A DNA stretch of 44,588 nucleotides, taken from positions 1 through 44,588 of the forward strand of contig CAZWBG010000001.1 of assembly GCA_964632215.1 (NCBI GenBank). Reading direction: 5' to 3'. Position numbers and translations under genes: made by a program. This stretch comes from an uncultured Candidatus Saccharibacteria bacterium. GTDB lineage: Bacteria; Patescibacteriota; Saccharimonadia; Saccharimonadales; UBA7683. Shown piece by piece: positions 26,708-34,689 of this stretch (its first letter is position 1; each line of letters starts with the position of its first letter). Below the pieces are notes generated by a model. That model searched no databases. It had not been told where the DNA came from and worked only from the letters and a program-made list of their open reading frames with translations.

Positions 26708-27478
26708 TTATAAGGTCTGGCTTGGTTCTGGTGTAGGTGTCGGGTTCTGGGGTGTTGATGCACTTGGTGTAGGGGCGGTGCCATTCATGAGCGGACTGGT
26801 AGCCACAAACTGCTCCACCTCTTTCGTAAGCTGGGCTTCATCACTTGGGTCTAATGGATCTTGGCTCGGCTGGGGCGTAGGTTGGATTGGTGTGGTAGGA
26901 GCGTACGTAGGATCTGGGGATTGCGGAGTAGTTACGTTAACTGGTATTGGCTGTTGGGGTGTAGGGTCCGTTGCAATGGACGTAACGGGTTCAGTAGGTG
27001 TTGGGTCAGGAGTCTGCGTAATAGGTACCTGAACGGTTGCGGGTTGTTGCGGTGCTGCAACTGGGGCGGATGGTGCGTTTAGAGTCGAAGCATCAGGAAT
27101 CGGCTGGGATACTGTAGCAAGAACTTCTTGGACCATACTGACGACGTCGTCTAGAGTAACCTGACTCTTAACTACATAGCGGTCAGCACCAAGTTGTTCA
27201 CCACGCTTGCGATCTTCCTCTTGGCTTAGGGCGGTCATTACGATCACCTTAACCTCTCTGGTCTCGGGTGTTGAGCGCAAAATATCTAGCATATCAAAGC
27301 CACTAATGCGGGGCATCATAACATCGCTAATAATAAGATCAGGATGTTCGCGTACAGCTAATGCTAAAGCTTCTTCACCGTCACTGGCTGAGATGATCTG
27401 ATAACCTTCGGCTTCAAGACGAGCACCATATATCTCGCGTAAGTTGCTATCATCTTCGACTAATAGTATTTTTGCCAT
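26708..27478 (-). CDS. Response regulator receiver domain with a Pro/Thr/Gln-rich tail
   Basis: KILLVEDD, DLIISDVMMP, MTA, YVVKS, then a ~130-aa low-complexity region. Confidence 0.9.
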   Translation of the reverse strand: MAKILLVEDDSNLREIYGARLEAEGYQIISASDGEEALALAVREHPDLIISDVMMPRISGFDMLDILRSTPETREVKVIVMTALSQEEDRKRGEQLGADRYVVKSQVTLDDVVSMVQEVLATVSQPIPDASTLNAPSAPVAAPQQPATVQVPITQTPDPTPTEPVTSIATDPTPQQPIPVNVTTPQSPDPTYAPTTPIQPTPQPSQDPLDPSDEAQLTKEVEQFVATSPLMNGTAPTPSASTPQNPTPTPEPSQTL

Positions 27479-27514
27479 CTGTGCTCTTCCTTTTTATCAC
27501 TATGAATTATCTTA

Positions 27515-29260
27515 TCATACTTCTTGTGTTTTATTTGCGGCATTCAGTTGAGCCACAGCATCTGGTGAAATGCGAGGTAACTCTACATAGAAGGTACTAC
27601 CAGCGCCCACGGTACTCTCTACCCAGATTTTCCCGCGCATCAAGTCAACCATTTGTTTACAGATGTAGAGCCCAAGTCCCGTGCCGCCAATTTCTCTGGT
27701 CGCAGAGTTGTCAGTACGGTAAAATTTTTGAAATAGATGCGGTATATCTTCGTTCGCAATCCCCATGCCGGTATCTGAAATTCGGATAGTAACGCCCTGC
27801 TCTTTTAGGGAACAACCGATAGTGACAATACCCTTTTGAGTGTATTTAATAGCATTATCGAAAAGGTTGAGTACAACCTCTCTGAGACGCCCCTTGTCTA
27901 CGTATACGTACATGAGTGGCACGACTGTTTTATCAGACGAGCCATCATCAAAGACTACTTGCAACCCTTTTTTCTCAGCTGCTAACTTGCCTTGTTCTGT
28001 CATTTCACCCAAGAACTCCACGACATTAACCACCTCTGGATTATTATTTAGTCGACCATCATCACCCTTAGATACTGTCAGTAAATCTTGAAATAGTTCA
28101 CCAAGATGTTTAGTGGCTTCATGGGCTTTCACTAAATACCCCTGAGCTTTTTCATCAACAACGCAGAGCTTCGGGTTGAGTGCTAGTTCTAGGTAACCTT
28201 GTATAGAAGCTACTGGTGTACGCATTTCGTGGCTCGCGGTAGAAATGAAATCACTACGCTGTTCTTCTTCACGCTTCTGTTGGTCGACATCACGAAGAAC
28301 AGCAATGACACCCACAAGTTTTTTCTTAGTTTGTGGGCTTTTAGTATTTTCTTCAAACATTGGTGAGGCGACAATATCTACGTACAGGCGTTGTTGGCTA
28401 TGGGTTTGCAAGAAGCTTATAGCTTGTGTTGGCCTGCCTGTTGCAAAGGTAGTTGTAATGGCTAGGTCGGAGGCTTCTTTGGCGCTGGTATCCTCCTCGC
28501 TTGCATTGGCTAGGGGCAAAAGAGATCTGTAGTCGAGACTTTGAGCTTCGGCTTTTGTCCAACCAAGCATCGTTGCGGCACTTTGGTTGAGGACCTCTAC
28601 GGTGCCTTTCGTGTTAATAATGAGCACACCATCGGTAATAGATTCGAGTACCAGACCGGATTTAAATTGTTCCTGCTCAAGCATATTGGAGAGCGTAATA
28701 ATTTTACCTATGCCCACATCTTTAATGTAGAAGCGTTTGAAGAAGAGCCAACCACCAAAGCCAAATACGGTTGTAATGACTGCCATGATCGACTGCGCTA
28801 TGATATTTACCTGCGGGTTAGCAACGAGTCCTAAAAATGTAATCATAGTGAGTACCCAAGTCAGTATTACTGCAGAAAGAGCCGCAAAAATTCCGTTCAT
28901 ACCAATAAAGAAGATAAAGAGCGCAAAGATTGGATAAAGCCACAGGTTATCATGATTTGAGATCTCAAACAAGGCGGTTAACAGTAGTCCGTATATTGTC
29001 ATAGAGACAAGACTTGCCGCCCAAGTATTTTGTTTTTCAACAAATGGGAAGATAAAAAGTGCATAAACTGCGTGAATGAAGGCTAGCACTAAAACGAGGG
29101 GTACCATACCCCAGTGAAGCTGGGTCAGCTCGAGCACGTCGAACACTTGAAAGAGTAAATAGGTAGTGAAAATAACTACATCGGCTCCGATGAGGATATA
29201 GTTGAATATTTTCAGCCATCTGGGTTGTACATGTTGCATAATACGATTCCGCTTATGCAC
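27515..29260 (-). CDS. Membrane PAS-domain sensor histidine kinase
   Basis: Several TM helices, PAS (SITDGVLIIN), H-box ASHEMRTP, N-box DNAIKYT, DTGMGI, GGTGLGLYI. Confidence 0.93.
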   Translation of the reverse strand: MHKRNRIMQHVQPRWLKIFNYILIGADVVIFTTYLLFQVFDVLELTQLHWGMVPLVLVLAFIHAVYALFIFPFVEKQNTWAASLVSMTIYGLLLTALFEISNHDNLWLYPIFALFIFFIGMNGIFAALSAVILTWVLTMITFLGLVANPQVNIIAQSIMAVITTVFGFGGWLFFKRFYIKDVGIGKIITLSNMLEQEQFKSGLVLESITDGVLIINTKGTVEVLNQSAATMLGWTKAEAQSLDYRSLLPLANASEEDTSAKEASDLAITTTFATGRPTQAISFLQTHSQQRLYVDIVASPMFEENTKSPQTKKKLVGVIAVLRDVDQQKREEEQRSDFISTASHEMRTPVASIQGYLELALNPKLCVVDEKAQGYLVKAHEATKHLGELFQDLLTVSKGDDGRLNNNPEVVNVVEFLGEMTEQGKLAAEKKGLQVVFDDGSSDKTVVPLMYVYVDKGRLREVVLNLFDNAIKYTQKGIVTIGCSLKEQGVTIRISDTGMGIANEDIPHLFQKFYRTDNSATREIGGTGLGLYICKQMVDLMRGKIWVESTVGAGSTFYVELPRISPDAVAQLNAANKTQEV

Positions 29261-29365
29261 CAGTATAGGATAAGAGGCGGACTTTTGATAGTCCTACAAA
29301 TACTTCTTACAGATTGCATAGAGGTGGTGAATATGGTAACATAGCACCGCTATTACCCCACGCGC

Positions 29366-29441
29366 GGCCCCGTCGTCTAGTGGTTAGGATATCTGGTTCT
29401 CATCCAGAAGATCGCGGGTTCGAATCCCGCCGGGGTCACCA
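29366..29441 (+). tRNA. tRNA-Glu (anticodon CTC)
   Basis: Acceptor GGCCCCG/CGGGGTC, anticodon arm TCTGG-TTCTCAT-CCAGA, T arm GCGGG-TTCGAAT-CCCGC, encoded CCA. TTGCAT-17-TAACAT promoter at 29314-29342. Confidence 0.97.
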
Positions 29442-30936
29442 AAGAAGACTCATCACGCGTTGGTGAGCCTTTTTGATTTGCAGCCAATCTGTAAAGTGAG
29501 CTCAATTTTGCCGTTCCAAACTGCCTTTTAGCAAGATCATAACTCAGACCTTCTGGAAACACTAGATTTTGGTAAATGATGCGATGCTCAACAGATGCAT
29601 CAAGCCAGATTCGGGGTGCGTTCGACATAAATTGGAGCGCGTAGTCTATTGAGTTGGTTTTGAAATCATTCATAGATCCTACCTCATCAAGTTGTTTACG
29701 CGTTCTTGTTTCTTCTGCATCTAAGTTATTAATCAGCGCTTTCTTTTCATCTGTAGTAATTTGACCGCTCACAAGCATCTCAACAGTCTTATTCTTGCGG
29801 ACTGTGAGACTCTCTAGGGCCTTGTGTAGTTGCTTCTGCTTAGTAGCGAGGGTCTGTGTTTCATCACGCCATACGCGCACGATCATCTCCTTCAGAAACT
29901 TCTCCATACCTGGGTCGGGTTTTAGGGAATTGAGCAACTCAATAAATTGCTTGTGCATCTCATCGGGTTTAATAGACGGCACATGGCATCGCGAGCAATG
30001 GTACCGCGGCGACGGTATTCCTGAGCCATTGCGAGGGCTGCTCCCCGTCATTGGTTTTTCGCAATTAGTGCACAGTAAGAATCTTCGTAAAGGAAATTCT
30101 GGATTGTTCTGTTTATATTTTGCTGTCGAGTTCTTGTTTTTCTTGAGTACGTCCTGGTTACGATAAAAAGTACTAGGGGATATAATTCCACCGAACTTCG
30201 AAGGTAATAGCTGTCCGTCAGTATGTTGGCTTTTTTCTAGGCCCGCATAGATTGGATTTCTCAAAGCCTTACTAATAGCCTGTATTTGCATCTTTTTCCC
30301 TGAAGCTGACTTTAGTCCGATCTCTTCACAAAGCACTACAAGCCCCGCCATTGTGTGAGCCCCCGACGAGTACGCTTCAAGTATCGTAGCCATATTGTCG
30401 GCTATTCCTTCAATTGGCTCAACGGTCGATCTTCCCAGGACGTCTCTGACGTTCCTCAGGCCTAAAGGAGCCTTACTCATTCGATAGCCTTCCTTTGCCT
30501 GGCGTTTCATATTTTCCTTCACGCGTGCGGACTTAAGGCGATTATCATGATTGGCGATTACAGCTTCAAGGCTCTGAACAAGCTCGTCATTCAGATTCTC
30601 ATCTAAGCTTGAGTTTATGTTTTTATACTCGACGCCCGATAGAGACAACCTTGCCCTTAATGCAAAGAAATCAACTGCACTCCGAGTCAGGCGATCCGTT
30701 TGATAGGTGATTAGGTACGAGATTTGATTTCGACTAGCTTCAAGAGCTGACAACATCTCTTTCATTGCAGGTCGTTCTAGTGTTTTTGCCGAAGCACCGT
30801 CGTCATGATAGATCTTTTCCACCAGAACATTATTGCGTGATGCCCATTCTTGACACATAAATTGCTGCGTCTCAAGACTCGCACCATCAACCTGCTTAAG
30901 CGTAGAGACTCGAAGATAGATTACAGCACGTTTCAT
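29377..30936 (-). CDS. Large serine recombinase (integrated-state form, last 19 aa from antisense tRNA)
   Basis: Catalytic YLRVS, DRLTR, GYRMSKAPLG, LRNPIYAG, zinc ribbon C-x2-C...C-x2-C (CTNC, CSRC) and a coiled coil. Confidence 0.92.
   Translation of the reverse strand: MKRAVIYLRVSTLKQVDGASLETQQFMCQEWASRNNVLVEKIYHDDGASAKTLERPAMKEMLSALEASRNQISYLITYQTDRLTRSAVDFFALRARLSLSGVEYKNINSSLDENLNDELVQSLEAVIANHDNRLKSARVKENMKRQAKEGYRMSKAPLGLRNVRDVLGRSTVEPIEGIADNMATILEAYSSGAHTMAGLVVLCEEIGLKSASGKKMQIQAISKALRNPIYAGLEKSQHTDGQLLPSKFGGIISPSTFYRNQDVLKKNKNSTAKYKQNNPEFPLRRFLLCTNCEKPMTGSSPRNGSGIPSPRYHCSRCHVPSIKPDEMHKQFIELLNSLKPDPGMEKFLKEMIVRVWRDETQTLATKQKQLHKALESLTVRKNKTVEMLVSGQITTDEKKALINNLDAEETRTRKQLDEVGSMNDFKTNSIDYALQFMSNAPRIWLDASVEHRIIYQNLVFPEGLSYDLAKRQFGTAKLSSLYRLAANQKGSPTRDESSLVTPAGFEPAIFWMRTRYPNH
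29436..29442 (+). repeat. attL core TCACCAA
   Basis: Identical to 34540-34546 and overlaps the tRNA ACCA terminus. Confidence 0.8.
29447..29474 (+). terminator. Element-supplied terminator for the tRNA, antisense within the recombinase CDS
   Basis: CTCATCA-cgcgt-TGGTGAG stem followed by TTTTT. Confidence 0.6.
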
Positions 30937-31130
30937 GATTCAATATTATCATTGTTTTTGTTGTTTTTGGAACGAATATATTGACGTACACCTATTCTTA
31001 CCACCGTTTCAGTGTCATTTATTAGTTGCAATAACTCTTCGTTGGTAATATCTTTTGCCGATGCACCCAAAAGCTTACGAGCTTCCATTAAAGAAATGAT
31101 TGGTTTTTGTGGAGATAGCGAATTAGCCAA
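30933..31130 (-). CDS. Small helical protein, possible excisionase/directionality factor
   Basis: ISLMEARKLLG resembles a short HTH start. Its stop overlaps the recombinase start (ATGA). Confidence 0.65.
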   Translation of the reverse strand: MANSLSPQKPIISLMEARKLLGASAKDITNEELLQLINDTETVVRIGVRQYIRSKNNKNNDNIES

Positions 31131-31345
31131 AGTGTCATATTGACCCTTCCTGCTTGCTCCCGTCCAGACACCTTCGTCGCGGGGTTATTATCTGTTATTC
31201 AGACAAGCTTTGTGATATTGGCTAAACTACGCTTATATGTTTCTATTATATCACTTTTTCGGTGTTGCTACGCTATAATAAGCAACAAGTCGCTAGTGCG
31301 GCGGTAGCCTAGAGCCACGTATATAACGAAGGTATGGTTATAAAT

Positions 31346-31440
31346 CCACGAAAAGAAACAGCTCGTCATGAGTACCTCTTTTCGTGGTTACTACTGGAAA
31401 CGGTAGTAGGGGCGCAAGCCTCGCTCGTGGCGGGCTTTTT
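31346..31440 (+). promoter_or_regulatory. Structured leader/attenuator-like RNA
   Basis: 11-bp stem 31346-31356/31377-31387 and 13-bp stem 31360-31372/31424-31436 followed by a U-run, plus GAAA- and GCAA-capped hairpins. Confidence 0.55.
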
Positions 31441-31477
31441 AGTTTGTCACGGCCACAAACTAAAAAGAGGAGGGTAC

Positions 31478-31720
31478 ATGGCAAAGAAACCACTATTTTA
31501 CGAGGGTATGACAAACGGAGAACGCTTACGATCGGTAATCTGGGTTATCGTTATTCTCGTAGCGCTTGGAGTTTTTCTATTTGGTGCGTTTTTTCTACCT
31601 CGTTCGTCTGGCAACGATACAAAGCAGGATCCAGGTGAAAGTGACTACGAATATCATCAACGTATTCAAGGTCAGGACGAGGAGCAATATAAAGACTGTG
31701 GCTTTAAGCCAACTTGCTAG
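31478..31720 (+). CDS. Small single-pass membrane protein
   Basis: GAGGAGG RBS before ATG 31478, one TM helix, C-terminal CGFKPTC. Confidence 0.65.
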   Translation: MAKKPLFYEGMTNGERLRSVIWVIVILVALGVFLFGAFFLPRSSGNDTKQDPGESDYEYHQRIQGQDEEQYKDCGFKPTC

Positions 31721-31803
31721 CTCCTCAAGCTATCATTGACATCCGATGATTTTATATGATTGATGTTATAATTATCGAAGATAACCAGTGAGAGATTGGA
31801 GAA

Positions 31804-33162
31804 ATGATGCTGAATATGTCGAATTGGCCAACTGTGACCGAAAAGGTTGTTAACTTGCAGCTCGATGAGTCAAACATACGCATAGATATACAAAACCCAT
31901 CTCAGGACGCGATAATCCAGGATTTATTTGCCAACGAAGGGGCGATGCAAATCGTCGAGAGTGTTCTGAGAAATGGGTTTTTTAACAACGAGCTCCCCGT
32001 CGTATTAAAAAATAGCTCCAAGTATGTAGTGCTGGAAGGCAACAGGCGCGTTGCTGCACTTAAGGCTATTATTAACCCACGACTCGTGCCGACTTTTGAA
32101 GCCAAGATCAACGCACTTATTAACGGACAAGATATTAGTCCGCTAAGAGAGGTAGAGCTAAAAGTTGCTCCTTCTCGCGACGATGCCTCTCGCCTCATTT
32201 CCTCAATTCACACAATTCAATCACGCAAGCCTTGGCGACCTTTAAGACAAGCGTACTTCTACTATGCTCAGCTAGAGAAAGGTAAGCGCAAGATTGAAGA
32301 CTTAATTCTTGAATACCCAAATATAGATATCCCTAGATTCGTAAAGATGTGGGAAATGCATAAAATTGCTCAGTCAATAAAGTATGACGATGCCGACACG
32401 CAGACCGATGTCAGTTCTCGTGGCTTCAAAATCAGTACCTTCGAACGTCTATATCAAAATGATAAGTTTCGTGAAAAATTTGGACTATCTTTCGACAAAT
32501 ACGGCAGGGTGAAGGTTAGCGCCAAAATGAGTGATTTCAAGGACTCCCTGAAACAGGTTGTAACCGATATTGTCACTGGGGAGATTGATTCTCGTAAGAT
32601 CAACAAGGAGTCACAGCTTGATGGCTATTTAGAGAAGTGGAGTTCACCTGATAAAAAAGGTGAGGGGGCGCCGAAAACAAGTGACGACTTTGAACCCGTG
32701 GAGGTACCAAAGAAAGCCTCTACCCCGAAGGCGTTAATACCAAAAAGTGTTCAGACGACGCTGGGAAGCGCAGGAGTTGAGCGTCGGCTCAAAGAGCTAC
32801 AGAAACTCCCATATAGAAACTATCCTAACGCCGCCCACGACCTATTACGCAGTCTTCTCGAGTGCGGATTAAAGGCTTACTGTCAAAAAGAAGGTATTAC
32901 ACTGCAGGCACGACGCCAAGGTGGATATGTATTCCTACACGACGCACTAACGGAGACGAGAAATCATCTGCAATCAAACAACATCCGCAAAGATCTTTTG
33001 CAGGTGATAGACAAGACTGTTAGCAAAGCCGAGAAATTCTCAGTAAAAGACAACCTCGACGCCATAAATCACAATCACAACATCTTCTCTACGGGTGATG
33101 AAGTAAAAGAAGCTTGGGATACCATAAGCGCTTTGGTACAATATGTATTAGATCCTAAATAA
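31804..33162 (+). CDS. ParB/Srx-like N-terminal domain protein with a helical C-terminal domain (possibly HEPN-like)
   Basis: ParB-type motif YVVLEGNRRVAALK after NGFFNNELPVV. C-terminal LLRSLLE...LDAINHN. Confidence 0.7.
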   Translation: MMLNMSNWPTVTEKVVNLQLDESNIRIDIQNPSQDAIIQDLFANEGAMQIVESVLRNGFFNNELPVVLKNSSKYVVLEGNRRVAALKAIINPRLVPTFEAKINALINGQDISPLREVELKVAPSRDDASRLISSIHTIQSRKPWRPLRQAYFYYAQLEKGKRKIEDLILEYPNIDIPRFVKMWEMHKIAQSIKYDDADTQTDVSSRGFKISTFERLYQNDKFREKFGLSFDKYGRVKVSAKMSDFKDSLKQVVTDIVTGEIDSRKINKESQLDGYLEKWSSPDKKGEGAPKTSDDFEPVEVPKKASTPKALIPKSVQTTLGSAGVERRLKELQKLPYRNYPNAAHDLLRSLLECGLKAYCQKEGITLQARRQGGYVFLHDALTETRNHLQSNNIRKDLLQVIDKTVSKAEKFSVKDNLDAINHNHNIFSTGDEVKEAWDTISALVQYVLDPK

Positions 33163-33177
33163 TACAAAAACCAAAAA

Positions 33178-34032
33178 ATGATAACAGCAAAAATACAAAG
33201 AAAGCTTCTATTCACACCGTTGCGCTATCCAGGTGGCAAAACATCTCTTTTCGAGTACTTTGACAAGGTCATCAAAGAGAATAACCTCAAGGATGTATGC
33301 TACATCGAACCCTACGCAGGTGGAGCGGGGGCTGCTTTATCCCTCTTGTTGTTAGAGAAGGTGGACCGACTTGTTATTAACGACTACGATAAGGCCATAT
33401 ACGCTTTCTGGAAGAGTATCCTGGATCAAACGGATGAGTTTGTCGGGTTAGTGCAAAGCACGCCTCTCACTATAGAGGAGTGGAAGAAACAGAAAGCCAT
33501 ATATGCCAACGGCTCTGATGACTTACTAGAGTTAGGTTTTGCGACTTTTTATCTAAATCGAACTAACAGATCTGGAATCCTGACTGGCGGACCGATCGGC
33601 GGAATGGCACAACAGGGCAAATGGTTACTTGATGCACGCTTTAATAAACCAAAACTTATCGAGAGAATTAAGCTCATATCGCTATATCGTGACCGAATCA
33701 CAGTATCGAACACTGATGGACTTGAAGTAATACGCAAATACTCAAAAAATCCCACCTCCTTTTTCTACATAGACCCCCCGTATTACGATAAAGGCCAATG
33801 TCTCTACCTCAACTCCTACAAGCACGAAGACCACGAGAGACTCGCTAAGTTACTGAATAAGCAATCAACAGCAAAGTGGATATTGAGCTACGATAATGTT
33901 CCTCAAATTAAGGAACTCTACAAAACACGCAAAAAGCAGTACGAATTTTCTCTGCACTATCAAGCCCACTCGAGCAAAGAAGGCTCTGAACTTATAGTAT
34001 TCTCTGACAAACTTATAGTTCCCGAGGATTAG
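33178..34032 (+). CDS. Dam/D12-class N6-adenine DNA methyltransferase
   Basis: PLRYPGGK, motif I YIEPYAGGAG, FYLNRTNRSG, catalytic IDPPY. Confidence 0.93.
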   Translation: MITAKIQRKLLFTPLRYPGGKTSLFEYFDKVIKENNLKDVCYIEPYAGGAGAALSLLLLEKVDRLVINDYDKAIYAFWKSILDQTDEFVGLVQSTPLTIEEWKKQKAIYANGSDDLLELGFATFYLNRTNRSGILTGGPIGGMAQQGKWLLDARFNKPKLIERIKLISLYRDRITVSNTDGLEVIRKYSKNPTSFFYIDPPYYDKGQCLYLNSYKHEDHERLAKLLNKQSTAKWILSYDNVPQIKELYKTRKKQYEFSLHYQAHSSKEGSELIVFSDKLIVPED

Positions 34033-34427
34033 TCCAATACACTCTGTATATTAAACTGGATGGCCGCAAGGCGACTCGATCCAAACATCTGGTAATGCTT
34101 CATCATCATATCGATGGCACGCAGTTTATTTTGTGTCGTTTCTGTGCCACCATTAATTATGCTCGTTAATTTAAGTAGCAAAAGGTCGGGCTCCATTGTC
34201 TGCATCTGACCGAGTTTTTCCGATAACCACTTGGGCCGATTATGTGTTAGGTTTCGTGCTGTTTCAGATGTATAACCCGCGCTTAAGGCTGACCTATAGC
34301 AATTGCCGAATGACGGGCTTGTTACGCTAAAGTAGAGCTCAATGAACTTGTCTTGTCGCGGGTCTAGGGTCGAGAGGGTTCCTTTGGGCTCCACCCCCCG
34401 TCCTTCGTGAAATACTTCTATACTCAT
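34029..34427 (-). CDS. Terminase small subunit-like protein
   Basis: LDPRQDKFIELY...GNCYRSALSAGYTSETA matches the TerS N-terminal HTH pattern (L..KQ..F...Y...NA..AA..AGYS..TA). Confidence 0.7.
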   Translation of the reverse strand: MSIEVFHEGRGVEPKGTLSTLDPRQDKFIELYFSVTSPSFGNCYRSALSAGYTSETARNLTHNRPKWLSEKLGQMQTMEPDLLLLKLTSIINGGTETTQNKLRAIDMMMKHYQMFGSSRLAAIQFNIQSVLD

Positions 34428-34540
34428 ACACCCGTTCCTATAACTGCTGGAATGCTTCTAGCTACTGTTGTACTACGGAGTAGGTCATACCATGATTGTA
34501 TCTCTGACAAGATATCGTTCCAATTCGAACGCAGGTAGTT
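34424..34540 (-). other. Stranded 3' end of the recombinase gene (38 codons plus TGA)
   Basis: Reads NYLRSNWNDILSEIQSWYDLLRSTTVARSIPAVIGTGV* in frame with the recombinase when joined through TCACCAA. The stop overlaps the TerS-like ATG. Confidence 0.75.
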
Positions 34541-34546
34541 CACCAA
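34540..34546 (+). repeat. attR core TCACCAA
   Basis: Identical to 29436-29442 and directly followed by a terminator. Confidence 0.8.
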
Positions 34547-34581
34547 CAAAACAGCTCACCACCGGTGGGCTTTTTTGTTGG
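34543..34581 (+). terminator. Probable original tRNA-Glu terminator displaced by integration
   Basis: AGCTCACC-acc-GGTGGGCT stem with TTTTTT, extended by CCAACAAAA/TTTTGTTGG. Confidence 0.75.
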
Positions 34582-34689
34582 TTATTCTCGCAGAGAAGCG
34601 AAGCCGCGCAGCGGGTACGTTCATAAGCAGCTCTCGCAGGAGCTCGCTCCGAGAAAGCTCACAGAAGTAATAATGTCGGGTAAAGTGTA

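Larger units (their letters stand above)
29436..34546. mobile_element. 5.1-kb tRNA-integrated element: serine recombinase, TerS-like gene and methylase cargo
   Basis: Flanked by a 7-bp direct repeat that includes the tRNA 3' end. The recombinase frame continues without a stop across the simulated end junction. A host-like tRNA terminator is displaced to the right end. Confidence 0.85.

Noticed and set aside
31390-31422. GAAA hairpin followed by GGGGCGCAAGCC resembles a c-di-GMP-I riboswitch
   Set aside because: The GCAAAC strand and the second stem with the tetraloop receptor are missing.
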